This document shows, in pieces, positions 8,378-17,371 of a DNA stretch of 32,000 nt. A program made the translations under genes and the position numbers. The notes below the pieces were generated by a model, which was given only the letters and a program-made list of their open reading frames with translations, searched no databases and was not told where the DNA came from. Source of the stretch: Candidatus Jordarchaeales archaeon (GTDB lineage: Archaea; Asgardarchaeota; Jordiarchaeia; Jordiarchaeales; Freyrarchaeaceae); contig JAWCFL010000005.1 of assembly GCA_038858525.1 (NCBI GenBank), positions 1 to 32,000 on the forward strand, in the 5' to 3' direction. How positions within the stretch are numbered: position 1 is the stretch's first letter; each line of letters starts with the position of its first letter.

Positions 8378-9493
8378 TTGAGGAGAGTTAGTGTTGGTAT
8401 AATTGGATGCGGTCTCATGGGCATGCATCACGTGGTTGCACTTAAAAGCTTACGTGAAGCTGGCATTCTAGACATAGATTTTAGGGCGGTAAGCGACGTT
8501 GATGAACCGAAGATGATGCGTTTTGCGCGGGCTTATCATTTCGCTAAATCTTACACTGATTGCTTCAGGATGCTGGATGATGGAGATGTTGAAGTCGTTT
8601 TTGTGTGCACACCAACGAAGTATCATAAAGAGCATGTATTGGGAGCAGTGAACGCTGGAAAGCCTGTTTTATGCGAGACCCCCTTAGCAGTTAGCTTGGC
8701 TGACGCAAAAGAAATGCTTAATTTCGCAGAGCGGAAACATGTTAAGGCTCAGATTGGCCTTGTCCTCCGTTTCCATCCAACTCTAAACTACATTGCAGAT
8801 GTTATTTCTTCAGGAAGGCTGGGGGAAGTGCTAAGCGCTGTCTTAAGGAGCGACCAAGTTTTCCCTGTTGGTGGTTTCTATGTTAGTGACTGGAGAGGTG
8901 ATCCTTCGCCTTCAGGAGGTGGCGTTCTTCTTGAACGTTCCATACATGACATGGATATCCTAAGATGGCTTCTAGGGGTGCCAACGTACGTTTATGCAAC
9001 ATGTACCCATTACACGGAGAAAAACGTGGAGCGATTAGTGGGCATGACGCTGGAGTTTAAGTGCGGCGCTTTAGCATCAGTAGTTAGCGTTTGGCACAAG
9101 ATGCCGCTACGTCTATCGGAAAGGAGCTTGACAATATACTGTGAGGAAGGATTTGTTCAATTAAACCTTGGCACGATGGGTGAGCTAGCCTATTTACAGT
9201 CTAAGGGGGAGGCTGAAAAATTAAACGTGGATGCGATATTTATTGGTTTCCTAAAACGGATTGGGCTAAAAGCATCCCCTCTCCTGGTTAGGTATGGAAC
9301 GGGAGAAAACTTTTATCTAGAGGACTACGCTTTTCTTCGGGCTGTGGTAGAAGACAGAGAGGTTTACCCTGACTTTAGGCATGGAGTTGAGGCACAAGAA
9401 CTAGTAGAAGCAGCTTACATTTCAAGCAACAATAATGTTAGGGTAAGTCTCCCATTAAAAGAAAATAGGTTTAGAGAAACATTGCACTTCTAG
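8378..9493 (+). CDS. Gfo/Idh/MocA family oxidoreductase (EKP motif changed to ETP)
   Basis: IIGCGLMG Rossmann motif, VCTPTKYH, CETPLA, GGGVLLERSIHDMD; start moved from 8318 to TTG 8378 because of the GGGGTGA SD. Confidence 0.85.
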   Translation: MRRVSVGIIGCGLMGMHHVVALKSLREAGILDIDFRAVSDVDEPKMMRFARAYHFAKSYTDCFRMLDDGDVEVVFVCTPTKYHKEHVLGAVNAGKPVLCETPLAVSLADAKEMLNFAERKHVKAQIGLVLRFHPTLNYIADVISSGRLGEVLSAVLRSDQVFPVGGFYVSDWRGDPSPSGGGVLLERSIHDMDILRWLLGVPTYVYATCTHYTEKNVERLVGMTLEFKCGALASVVSVWHKMPLRLSERSLTIYCEEGFVQLNLGTMGELAYLQSKGEAEKLNVDAIFIGFLKRIGLKASPLLVRYGTGENFYLEDYAFLRAVVEDREVYPDFRHGVEAQELVEAAYISSNNNVRVSLPLKENRFRETLHF

Positions 9494-9497
9494 AAAA

Positions 9498-11090
9498 TTA
9501 TTTGGCTTCCATGGTATGCTTATATCCTCTCGCCACTAATGCCTTATTCGCAGCGTTAATTATCGCTTGAACGGACGCCATAACTATGTCTCCATCCGTT
9601 GCCCTTGCTACATACATTGCTCCATCTTTGTCCCTCAACTTTACTGTGACGAAGCCTAACGCATCCGTTCCACCTGTTATCGCTTCTAAGTTATATTCTT
9701 CCAAGTTCATCTCCTGAAACTCTTTGACTGCATTTTGAAGGGCGTTACATGCCGCGTCCACGGGACCTACACCTATAGCTGATGCAATCTTTTCCCTGTC
9801 GCCAACCCTAATTCTCACTGTAGCTGTTGGTGTTATGCCTTTCCCTGTTACAACGGTGAGCTCCTCAAGTTTCAAAACTCTTTCCTTCTCCGCTACCCTG
9901 CCTACTATGTCTTCAACTATTGCCACTAAGTCCGCGTCCGTGACCGCTTTGCCTTTATCACCAATCTCTTTTACTCGTGCCAGTATTTCCTTTATTTGCT
10001 CCTCAGTTACTGATATTCCCATATGTTCCAGCTTAGCCTTAAGCGAGTGTCCTCCTGTGTGCTTACCTATAACTATCGCTTCTTCAACTACGCTTGTTCT
10101 CTTGCGTCCTATAAGCTCAGGGGTTAATGGCTCGTACGTGAGTGGGTTCTCAAGCACGGCATGTGCATGGATTCCACTTTCGTGCTTGAATGCGTTGGCT
10201 CCTATTATGGGCTTGTTGGGTTGAAGCCTGACCCCTGTCAATCGTTCAACAAGCTTCGACGTCTCGTAGATGTACGTTGTTTTGATGTTCGTCATTACAT
10301 GATAGAGAGCGAAAAGAGACATTACCACTTCTTCCAGTGAAGCGTTACCAGCTCTTTCTCCGATGCCGTTTACCGTAACATGAACCTGTTGTGCTCCCTT
10401 CTCGACAGCCGCCAGGGCGTTTGCCGTCGCCAATCCAAAGTCGTTATGTGTATGCACTGATATTATAACTCCGGGTTTAACGGCTTTCTTAATTTCTTCA
10501 ACTATGTGCGCGTACGCGCTGGGGATGGTCGCTCCGACCGTGTCAGGAATGTTTATCACGTCGGCTCCAGCATCGACAACGCTACTATATACTTTTTTCA
10601 AGAATTCCAGATCGCTCCTGGTAGCATCTTCCGCTGAAAACTCAACTTTCACGCCGTGGCTCTTAGTATACTCTACCGCCTCAACCGCTTTTCTCAGAAC
10701 CTCGTCGGGGGTCATTTTAAGCTTATATTTCATGTGCAACTCGGATGTAGCTATGAAAATGTGCACTCTATCTACGTCGCAGTCAAGTGCAACATCTATG
10801 TCCTCACGGCTAGTACGAGCTAGAGCACATATCTCGGGTCCAAGCCTCATACCTGCTATATCCTTAATGGCCTTCTTCTCTCCCTCAGAAACAACAGGCA
10901 TCCCTGCCTCTATTACGTCGACGCCCAGCTTGGCCAGCTGCTCAGCCACCTTCTTCTTATCTTCAAAAGTTAGAGCGACGCCGGGCATCTGTTCGCCATC
11001 ACGTAAAGTCGTATCGAAGATATAAACTCGCTCAGGCAAGTTGGCTTGTTTTAACGCGTATCTTATATACGGACTAACGAAGAACTCCAT
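9498..11090 (-). CDS. leuA: 2-isopropylmalate synthase (archaeal LeuA/CimA family) with C-terminal regulatory domain
   Basis: FDTTLRDGEQ, IEAG.P, HIFIATS, SAEDATR, IPDTVG, HTHNDFGLATAN, GIGERAGN, AFKHESGIH, GVGPVDA; citramalate synthase not excluded. Confidence 0.85.
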   Translation of the reverse strand: MEFFVSPYIRYALKQANLPERVYIFDTTLRDGEQMPGVALTFEDKKKVAEQLAKLGVDVIEAGMPVVSEGEKKAIKDIAGMRLGPEICALARTSREDIDVALDCDVDRVHIFIATSELHMKYKLKMTPDEVLRKAVEAVEYTKSHGVKVEFSAEDATRSDLEFLKKVYSSVVDAGADVINIPDTVGATIPSAYAHIVEEIKKAVKPGVIISVHTHNDFGLATANALAAVEKGAQQVHVTVNGIGERAGNASLEEVVMSLFALYHVMTNIKTTYIYETSKLVERLTGVRLQPNKPIIGANAFKHESGIHAHAVLENPLTYEPLTPELIGRKRTSVVEEAIVIGKHTGGHSLKAKLEHMGISVTEEQIKEILARVKEIGDKGKAVTDADLVAIVEDIVGRVAEKERVLKLEELTVVTGKGITPTATVRIRVGDREKIASAIGVGPVDAACNALQNAVKEFQEMNLEEYNLEAITGGTDALGFVTVKLRDKDGAMYVARATDGDIVMASVQAIINAANKALVARGYKHTMEAK

Positions 11091-11222
11091 CCCTCTGCAA
11101 ATTTGTAACCTCCACTCGTTTTTAGAAAAACCTCTTTAGAGAATTTTGAGACACCGGCTTTTTAAACATTAGGGATTCCCTTCCAAAATAAAAGAAGTAA
11201 AAACGAGGAGTGCGTCATCGAC

Positions 11223-11573
11223 TTAGGGAGCTTCATTCACGCTTTTATTTATGTACTCTGTTAGTTTCCAGCAGTGGTTTGGCGATATGGGTTGCCCCGC
11301 GCCGCAACGGGAGATTTGTGTACAAGTAAAACAAGGGCATCCTCCTAGCGTATCCCATTTTACTTCGACTTTTTCCTTTGCGTTGGCAAAAAGCCTGTAG
11401 GTCCATCTTCCCTTATATAACTCTTTCATTCTCCGCACAACCCCTCTTTTCTCAAGTTTCATAGCTATTCTTGAACCTTCCCTGCTATTTACCCCCAATT
11501 TTCTCCACAAATCGCTCTGAAGGAGTCCTCTTTCGCCTGCCTCTAATATAATCTGATAGGCTTTCTCTTCCAT
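11223..11573 (-). CDS. tfeB: Transcription factor E beta subunit (archaeal RPC34/RPC6 homologue): wHTH plus Fe-S domain
   Basis: GLLQSDLWRKLG..SREGSRIAMKLEKRG wHTH; C-terminal PCFTC-x5-C-x10-C, matching the RPC6-type four-Cys cluster motif (..ISP..C..L..(Y/W)). Confidence 0.8.
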   Translation of the reverse strand: MEEKAYQIILEAGERGLLQSDLWRKLGVNSREGSRIAMKLEKRGVVRRMKELYKGRWTYRLFANAKEKVEVKWDTLGGCPCFTCTQISRCGAGQPISPNHCWKLTEYINKSVNEAP

Positions 11574-11740
11574 TTGGGACCCCTCGAGTCAACATGGACT
11601 CGCTTCCCCTAAAAAACTTTTAGGGATTAAAAACAAACTCGTCGCCGTCACTTTCTTCTCGTAGCATTACCGATTCAGCGTCTCTATGTGTGCTTTAGCT
11701 AGTTGACAAGTGTCTTCAAACATCATTCTTGCCTTCCGAA

Positions 11741-13126
11741 TTAAAGGGTAGCTAGCATAAGGATGTCGTTTACATTAGTGCCTGTTGGTCCAGTAATTAT
11801 GAGCCCATCATTTATCTTCTCAAAGAAACTTGTGGCGTCATGTCTTCGCAAGTAATCTTCAGCTCTGATTCCATGCTTTTCTCCTTTCTCTACAGTTTTT
11901 CCATCTACAAGGGCTCCTGCAGCGTAAGAGACACCATCCAAGCCGTCAGTGCCAAAGCTAACCACAAAAACGTTTTTTAATCCTGATATTTTTAGGGCTG
12001 CACTTAAAGCAAGCTCCTGATTTCTCCCACCAATCCCAGCATTCTCACTTATGGTTACCGTCGTTTCGCCACCCATCACGATTAAAGCAGGTCTTTGAAG
12101 CGGCTCTTGATTTAACGCGACGCTTTTAATTATCCCCGCCGCCAAGCAGCCGACTTCCCTCGCCTCGCCTTCCATGTGTGTAGTTAGGATAAGTGAGTGC
12201 ACCCCTCTTTTGTTAGCTTCATTGGCCACTGCAGTGCACGCCCCCCTATTCGTCGCCACAAGAATATTCTGAACCCTTTTGAAAACTGGGTCGCCAGGCT
12301 TCAATGTCTCCTCAACTCCTCCTTCCGCCCCCCTGATAAGCCTCTCTCTAACTCGGCTTCCACATTTATCCCATACTCCATATGTCTTCAGAACATTTAT
12401 GGCATCCGAAAAGGTTGTTGGGTCCGGCGCTGTTGGCCCTGAAGCCACGTCCTCTAGCCTGTCACCTACAACATCGGACACTATTAGACTTATGACACGT
12501 GCAGGATAAGCCATTTTTGCTAGCAGTCCACCTTTAACCTTTGAAAGATGTCTTCTAACAACGTTGATCTTTCCTATGTCCGCTCCGCTCTTGAGGAGGG
12601 CGGCTGTAACTTCTTGAATGTCTTGAAGTTCTACACCATCGGCTGGGAGAGTTAGCATAGCTGAGCCGCCACCCGAAATCAAACATATAACGAGGTCATC
12701 TTTTCCTGCTTCCTCCAGCAGTCCAACAACCGCTTCTGCTCCCCTAATGTTCTCTTCACTTGGGACAGGATGTGCAGCCTCAAAAAGTCGAATAAATCTC
12801 GTGCTGAACATGTTTGAAGTACCCTTTTGTATGCAGACAGCGCCATCAACTATTAATTCTCCTAAGATCTCCTCTAAGGCTTCTGCCATAGCGCCACTCG
12901 CCTTACCGGCTCCTACAACATAAATGTTCTCGACGTTTCGCAGAGGTATGCGCTCACTAAATACAGTTAAGCATTCATCATTAAGCTTCACAGACTTCCT
13001 AATGGCGTCTCTCGGGTCGGAAACGCTTATGGCAAGCTCCACTAGGTCCAGGAGCAAGCTTCGCTTATCCCCCTCCTCATCTTCCAAGAGCTTTTCACGA
13101 TTCTTCACGATAATTCTTACCGCCAT
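11741..13126 (-). CDS. gck: Glycerate 2-kinase (GckA/TtuD, MOFRL family)
   Basis: VVGAGKAS, AAHPVP, LISGGGSA, RRHLSKVKGGLLA, SDVVGD, ASGPT, GGETTV, GGRNQEL, GTDGLDG, TGPTGTNVND. Confidence 0.93.
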   Translation of the reverse strand: MAVRIIVKNREKLLEDEEGDKRSLLLDLVELAISVSDPRDAIRKSVKLNDECLTVFSERIPLRNVENIYVVGAGKASGAMAEALEEILGELIVDGAVCIQKGTSNMFSTRFIRLFEAAHPVPSEENIRGAEAVVGLLEEAGKDDLVICLISGGGSAMLTLPADGVELQDIQEVTAALLKSGADIGKINVVRRHLSKVKGGLLAKMAYPARVISLIVSDVVGDRLEDVASGPTAPDPTTFSDAINVLKTYGVWDKCGSRVRERLIRGAEGGVEETLKPGDPVFKRVQNILVATNRGACTAVANEANKRGVHSLILTTHMEGEAREVGCLAAGIIKSVALNQEPLQRPALIVMGGETTVTISENAGIGGRNQELALSAALKISGLKNVFVVSFGTDGLDGVSYAAGALVDGKTVEKGEKHGIRAEDYLRRHDATSFFEKINDGLIITGPTGTNVNDILMLATL

Positions 13127-13137
13127 TTATTCTCCCT

Positions 13138-14538
13138 CTAAAATATTAGTGAGACCTCCTCAAGCGCCCTCAGAACCCGCCTTCCCCTCTGTGTCAATTT
13201 GAAGTACTTTCTCCTTCCCCTATAATATTCCTCGATGAGTCCCCTCTCCTGAAGCTCTCCTAGATGCTGGTAAACTGCCTGAATCGAGAGACGCTTGCCG
13301 ATAGACTTCCAAATTTCGTAACCGTACGACTCGCCGATCTCTAAAAATCTCAGTATTTCGAACTTTGTCTTAAAACCCCCCCTAGACTTCACCCCCCTTC
13401 TTCCACCATCTGCCAGCGCGTCTATAATGTACGGGTCCTTCAAGCCGCTTGCCGTGATGAGACAGACCGCAACTTCTGAATGGTCAATAAATCCTTCATC
13501 CTTCATCTTTCTGAGACAGGCAACCGATGCGGCGCTTGCCGGCTCCGAGAATATCCCCTCAGCTTTAGCTAGGAGCTTTTCAGCCTCTATTATCTCCCTG
13601 TCGGTAACCGTGACTATAAAACCGCCACTCTCCTCAACTGCTCGGGCCGCTAGCAAACCGTAGGCGGGCATCAGAGAAACGAGAGGGGACGCTGCTGTTG
13701 CAGGCTTCTCAACTCTTCTAACCCTAACTTTTCCCCCCTCATTGATTAAAGTGGCACATCCATCCGGCTGAACCAGAACCATCCGGGGAATATGATCCAC
13801 CACGCCGAGAGTTAAGCACTCCTTGACGCCCTTCCAAATAGAGTAAGCCGTATTACCTGTTCCTGTAGGGACTATTATCACGTCAACATTCCTGCAAGCC
13901 TCTAAAACTTCATGAGAAATGGTCTTCTGAGCTTCAACAGATAGGGGGTTAAGCTCCGGCGTGGCTTGGTAGTATCCGTCAGCGGCCCTTTCCGCCTCAG
14001 CTATCGCGTCATCTATAACGTCTCCACTTCTCACTATATGGCCGCCGTAAATGTACATTTGAGCCAGCTTACTCACGTTAACGTTTCTTGGAGTTATGAT
14101 CGTGCATTTAATTTTTGCTTTAGCACAGTAAGCAGCAGCTGAGGCACCAAAGTTCCCGTACGAGGCACAAATCAACTTTTTTGCGCCAACGTCAAGGGCG
14201 TTAGAGACAATCAGGGAGGCCGCTCTGTCTCTGTAAGAGTTTGTCGGGTTAGCTGTCTCGTCTTTAAGTAAAACCTTTCCTCCCCCCATCGCCTCGGCAA
14301 GCTCCTTTGCCTCCCTAAGCGGTGTGCCTCCCTCCCCCATGCTCACAATGTTCTCCTCGCTAATCGGAGGAAGGATTGGACGATACCTCCACATGCCACG
14401 CCTGTCGCTGTAAGGTAATTTGATCTCCAAGTAATCATAAACATAGTCAAGTATACCCCCACACTTGTCGCATCTCGCCACAGGCGGAAACGGTTTCTTC
14501 TCGCTTCCGCACAACGTGCACCGTAGGTCAACGTTCAA
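13138..14538 (-). CDS. Threonine-synthase-like (fold-type II PLP) protein with catalytic Lys->Arg, N-terminal Zn ribbon and C-terminal winged-helix domain; putative transcriptional regulator
   Basis: CTLC...CDKC; MWRYR, SMGEGGTPL, KDETANPTNSYRDR, EPASAA, SGLKD; PadR/ArsR-like tail (ILRFL..GESYGYEIWK...VYQHLGELQERGLI...RKYFKLT.RG); likely TTG start at 14538 after GAGGGGG (ORF track starts at 14559). Confidence 0.85.
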   Translation of the reverse strand: MNVDLRCTLCGSEKKPFPPVARCDKCGGILDYVYDYLEIKLPYSDRRGMWRYRPILPPISEENIVSMGEGGTPLREAKELAEAMGGGKVLLKDETANPTNSYRDRAASLIVSNALDVGAKKLICASYGNFGASAAAYCAKAKIKCTIITPRNVNVSKLAQMYIYGGHIVRSGDVIDDAIAEAERAADGYYQATPELNPLSVEAQKTISHEVLEACRNVDVIIVPTGTGNTAYSIWKGVKECLTLGVVDHIPRMVLVQPDGCATLINEGGKVRVRRVEKPATAASPLVSLMPAYGLLAARAVEESGGFIVTVTDREIIEAEKLLAKAEGIFSEPASAASVACLRKMKDEGFIDHSEVAVCLITASGLKDPYIIDALADGGRRGVKSRGGFKTKFEILRFLEIGESYGYEIWKSIGKRLSIQAVYQHLGELQERGLIEEYYRGRRKYFKLTQRGRRVLRALEEVSLIF

Positions 14539-14612
14539 CTTAATCCCCCTCGCACACAACTTTATTAGGAGTTCGAGTTAACATAAAGGTTGCTTTAGCG
14601 CAGGTGATCCGT

Positions 14613-15149
14613 GTGAAAGCCACTTTAGCAAGGCAAGTTTCACGCTTACTATTTCAACTGGAAGAGCAGGACATTCAACTTATCATACTGAAGTCCACGC
14701 CAAGGCTTGATCTAGGGGGGGATGAAGCCATAGGTCCCTTTAATGAGGGCGAAGTGGTCACGCTTCCAGCTTGGCAGGCGCTTCATTTGGTTAAAGCTGG
14801 ACTAGCTAAATTCCGGAACGATGAACCTATCAACCTAGCTGAGCTTTACGATTGCCTTTGGAAAGAAGAGCGCCAAGCAGCACTACAACCTCTCCCGAAA
14901 AACTTCCTCCTCCGCCTAAGGTTCTTCATCGAAGCTTCTCCTGACGATGAAAAGAAGAAAATATCTTCAGTATTTAGGGATCTCATGTGTCGAAGACTAG
15001 AGAAAGTAGTTAAAGCAGCACTCAGGGCGAGGCAAAACATGAAAGCAACTGAAAACATGCTCCCCGAGGAAAAAGTGCTTTACTCTGAGCTCGCATCAAA
15101 CATAAACGAGTGGCTAAGCGTGTTGCATAAGTTTTTAAACATAGAGTGA
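14613..15149 (+). CDS. gins23: GINS complex subunit, Gins23 (Psf2/Psf3-type, B-A domain order)
   Basis: N-terminal GPF..G.V.LP.W.A..L B-domain, then helical A-domain (LQPLPKNF, RRLEKVV, LPEEKVLY); directly upstream of mcm; likely GTG start at 14613 after GGTGA (ORF track starts at 14604). Confidence 0.8.
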   Translation: MKATLARQVSRLLFQLEEQDIQLIILKSTPRLDLGGDEAIGPFNEGEVVTLPAWQALHLVKAGLAKFRNDEPINLAELYDCLWKEERQAALQPLPKNFLLRLRFFIEASPDDEKKKISSVFRDLMCRRLEKVVKAALRARQNMKATENMLPEEKVLYSELASNINEWLSVLHKFLNIE

Positions 15150-17236
15150 CCTTCTTCAATCAAGGAAAGGTGCTCGTCATGCAGTTAAACCCCCAAGCTA
15201 GGTTCGAAGCTTTTTTAAGAGAGTACCGTTCAGCTCTGGGAACCCCCACATATATAGAAAAGATAAAGCAGTTAACCGTGAGCGGCTCCAGAAGCCTTAT
15301 AGTCGACTTCAATAACCTAGTCGCATTCGACCCGGAGCTAGCCCGGATGACCCTGGAAAACCCTGACCGCTGCCTTCCAGCTGCAAATCGAGCACTCAAA
15401 GAGATTCTGGAAGAAATGGATTCGGAATACTTGGACAAAGTCGAGAGAGTGTACGTTAGATTTTCAAACTTCCCTGAAAAGTACTACGTTCCTCTAAGAA
15501 AACTTAGGGCAGAACATATAGGGAAACTAATAGTGGTTAATGGAATTCTCGTGAGAGCAACCGAAGTAAAACCCCGCCTCACCGAAGCCATCTTTAGGTG
15601 CCGCAGGTGCGGGGAGCTGATGTCCATCCCCCAAGAGGAAAGAGTGCTCGTTACGCCCGTAGAATGCACGAACCTTAACTGCAGGCGTAAGGGGCCATTC
15701 GACCTTGTAGTAGAAGAGTCAACTTTTATTGACTGGCAGAAAATAAGGATGCAGGAGAAGCCGGAGGATCTCCCGCCAGGCCAGCTACCGAGGGGTATAG
15801 ACGCCATACTCACAGATGACATAGTCGATGTTGCCCGGCCCGGGGACAGAGTTACTCTAATTGGGATTCTCAGACCTGTCCCTGAAAGCCTCGTGGGGAA
15901 GCGGGCGAAGCTCGTAACCTTCAACACCATACTAGAAATTAACAACATAGAGGTTGTAGGAACAGAAGCAGAAAAGCTTGAGATAAGTGAAGAAGACGAG
16001 CAAAAAATAAAGCAACTATCCCAGGACCCATACGTGACGCAGAAAATTATTCGTTCTATAGCCCCAAGCATCTATGGTTACGAGCAGATCAAGGAGGCTA
16101 TAGCTCTCCTTCTCTTCGGAGGAGTACCCAAAGAGATGCCCGACAAGCACAGGATCCGCGGAGACATAAACGTGCTACTTCTCGGAGATCCAGGAGTAGG
16201 AAAATCACAGATACTGCAGTACGTGGCTAGGATAGCTCCCAGAGGGCTCTACACTTCAGGGAGAGGCGCCACAGCAGCAGGTTTAACTGCTGCAGTAATG
16301 AAAGACCCTGACAGCGGAACAATGCTTCTCGAAGCCGGGGCTCTTGTCTTAGCAGACCAGGGTGTTGCGTGTATCGACGAGATGGACAAGATGCGCGAGC
16401 AGGACCGCGTCGCCCTGCATGAAGCCATGGAGAGCGGCATGCTATCAATAGCTAAAGGTGGGATAGTGGCGACGCTTAACGCTAGAACATCCATTCTAGC
16501 TGCGGCAAACCCGGCTTTGGGACGTTACAACCCATACAGGCCTCCCTCAGAGAATTTCAGTCTACCGCCAACCATACTTTCAAGGTTTGACCTTATCTTC
16601 GTGATGATAGACAAACCTGCTAGAGAGCATGACGAGAAAATGGCTGACCACATACTTCACCTTCACCGTGAATACTCTAGCGAGGAGCCGCCACCAATAC
16701 CTCCCGATTTACTGAGAAAGTACATTGCTTATGCTAGAAAAAACATTAGGCCGCGTCTTTTGCCTGATGCTGTGGAAAAGCTACGCGCCTTCTACCTCGA
16801 AATGAGAAGCAAGGGGGAGCAACCCGATGCCCCAGTTCCTATCACGGCGAGGCAGCTTGAAGCACTGGTAAGGCTGGCGGAGGCTAGGGCGAAAATGGCT
16901 CTGAGAAATGAAGTCACAGCTGAAGACGCTGAGGCAGTCATCAGATTGATGAAAGCATCTTTACAACAAATCGGACGTGACATAGAATCAGGCCTCTTCG
17001 ATATAGATACAATATACCTCGGTAGCCCGAAAAGCCAACGTGACAAGATGCAGGTTATCCTCGACATAATTAGCGGCTTAGAAGCGGAACTAGGTGGACC
17101 AGTGCCTGTTGAACGAATAATAAGTGAGGCGGCAGCGGAGAACATAGACAGGAAGTTCGTTGAGAAAGCATTAAACAGGTTCCTAAGCGATGGCCTACTC
17201 TTTGAGCCAAAGCAAGGATACGTGAAACATGCGTAA
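15146..17236 (+). CDS. mcm: MCM replicative helicase, no intein
   Basis: CRRC...CTNLNC Zn finger, QEKPEDLPPGQLPR, GDPGVGKS Walker A, CIDEMDKM Walker B, SRFD Arg finger, ITARQLEALVRL; alternative ATG start at 15179. Confidence 0.98.
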   Translation: MTFFNQGKVLVMQLNPQARFEAFLREYRSALGTPTYIEKIKQLTVSGSRSLIVDFNNLVAFDPELARMTLENPDRCLPAANRALKEILEEMDSEYLDKVERVYVRFSNFPEKYYVPLRKLRAEHIGKLIVVNGILVRATEVKPRLTEAIFRCRRCGELMSIPQEERVLVTPVECTNLNCRRKGPFDLVVEESTFIDWQKIRMQEKPEDLPPGQLPRGIDAILTDDIVDVARPGDRVTLIGILRPVPESLVGKRAKLVTFNTILEINNIEVVGTEAEKLEISEEDEQKIKQLSQDPYVTQKIIRSIAPSIYGYEQIKEAIALLLFGGVPKEMPDKHRIRGDINVLLLGDPGVGKSQILQYVARIAPRGLYTSGRGATAAGLTAAVMKDPDSGTMLLEAGALVLADQGVACIDEMDKMREQDRVALHEAMESGMLSIAKGGIVATLNARTSILAAANPALGRYNPYRPPSENFSLPPTILSRFDLIFVMIDKPAREHDEKMADHILHLHREYSSEEPPPIPPDLLRKYIAYARKNIRPRLLPDAVEKLRAFYLEMRSKGEQPDAPVPITARQLEALVRLAEARAKMALRNEVTAEDAEAVIRLMKASLQQIGRDIESGLFDIDTIYLGSPKSQRDKMQVILDIISGLEAELGGPVPVERIISEAAAENIDRKFVEKALNRFLSDGLLFEPKQGYVKHA

Positions 17237-17321
17237 CACGAAAAAGCGCGAGAAATCATGCACTAAAAACTCAAGGAAACCTCCCCATCCCTTTTATCTT
17301 TAAGGAAATTGTAAAAAGAAA

Positions 17322-17335
17322 ACGTTAATTAACGT
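17322..17335. promoter_or_regulatory. Perfect 14-bp palindrome ACGTTAATTAACGT over the presumed TATA region of the M24-family gene
   Basis: Self-complementary by direct reading; follows an A-rich BRE-like tract; about 37 bp upstream of the start codon. Confidence 0.5.
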
Positions 17336-17371
17336 CTCATCTTCTACTCCTTTCTTTTAGAGGTGGTTTCG

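Noticed and set aside
838-13126. Tartrate utilisation pathway (hydro-lyase pair plus TtuD-like glycerate kinase)
   Set aside because: The genes are about 10 kb apart, no tartrate dehydrogenase or transporter is present, and both families are common housekeeping genes
9835-17259. Long antisense ORFs (9835-10224, 10504-11025, 15484-16071, 16792-17259 and similar ones across the window)
   Set aside because: Shadow frames of well-conserved genes, Ser/Thr-rich as expected from the reverse complement, with no motifs
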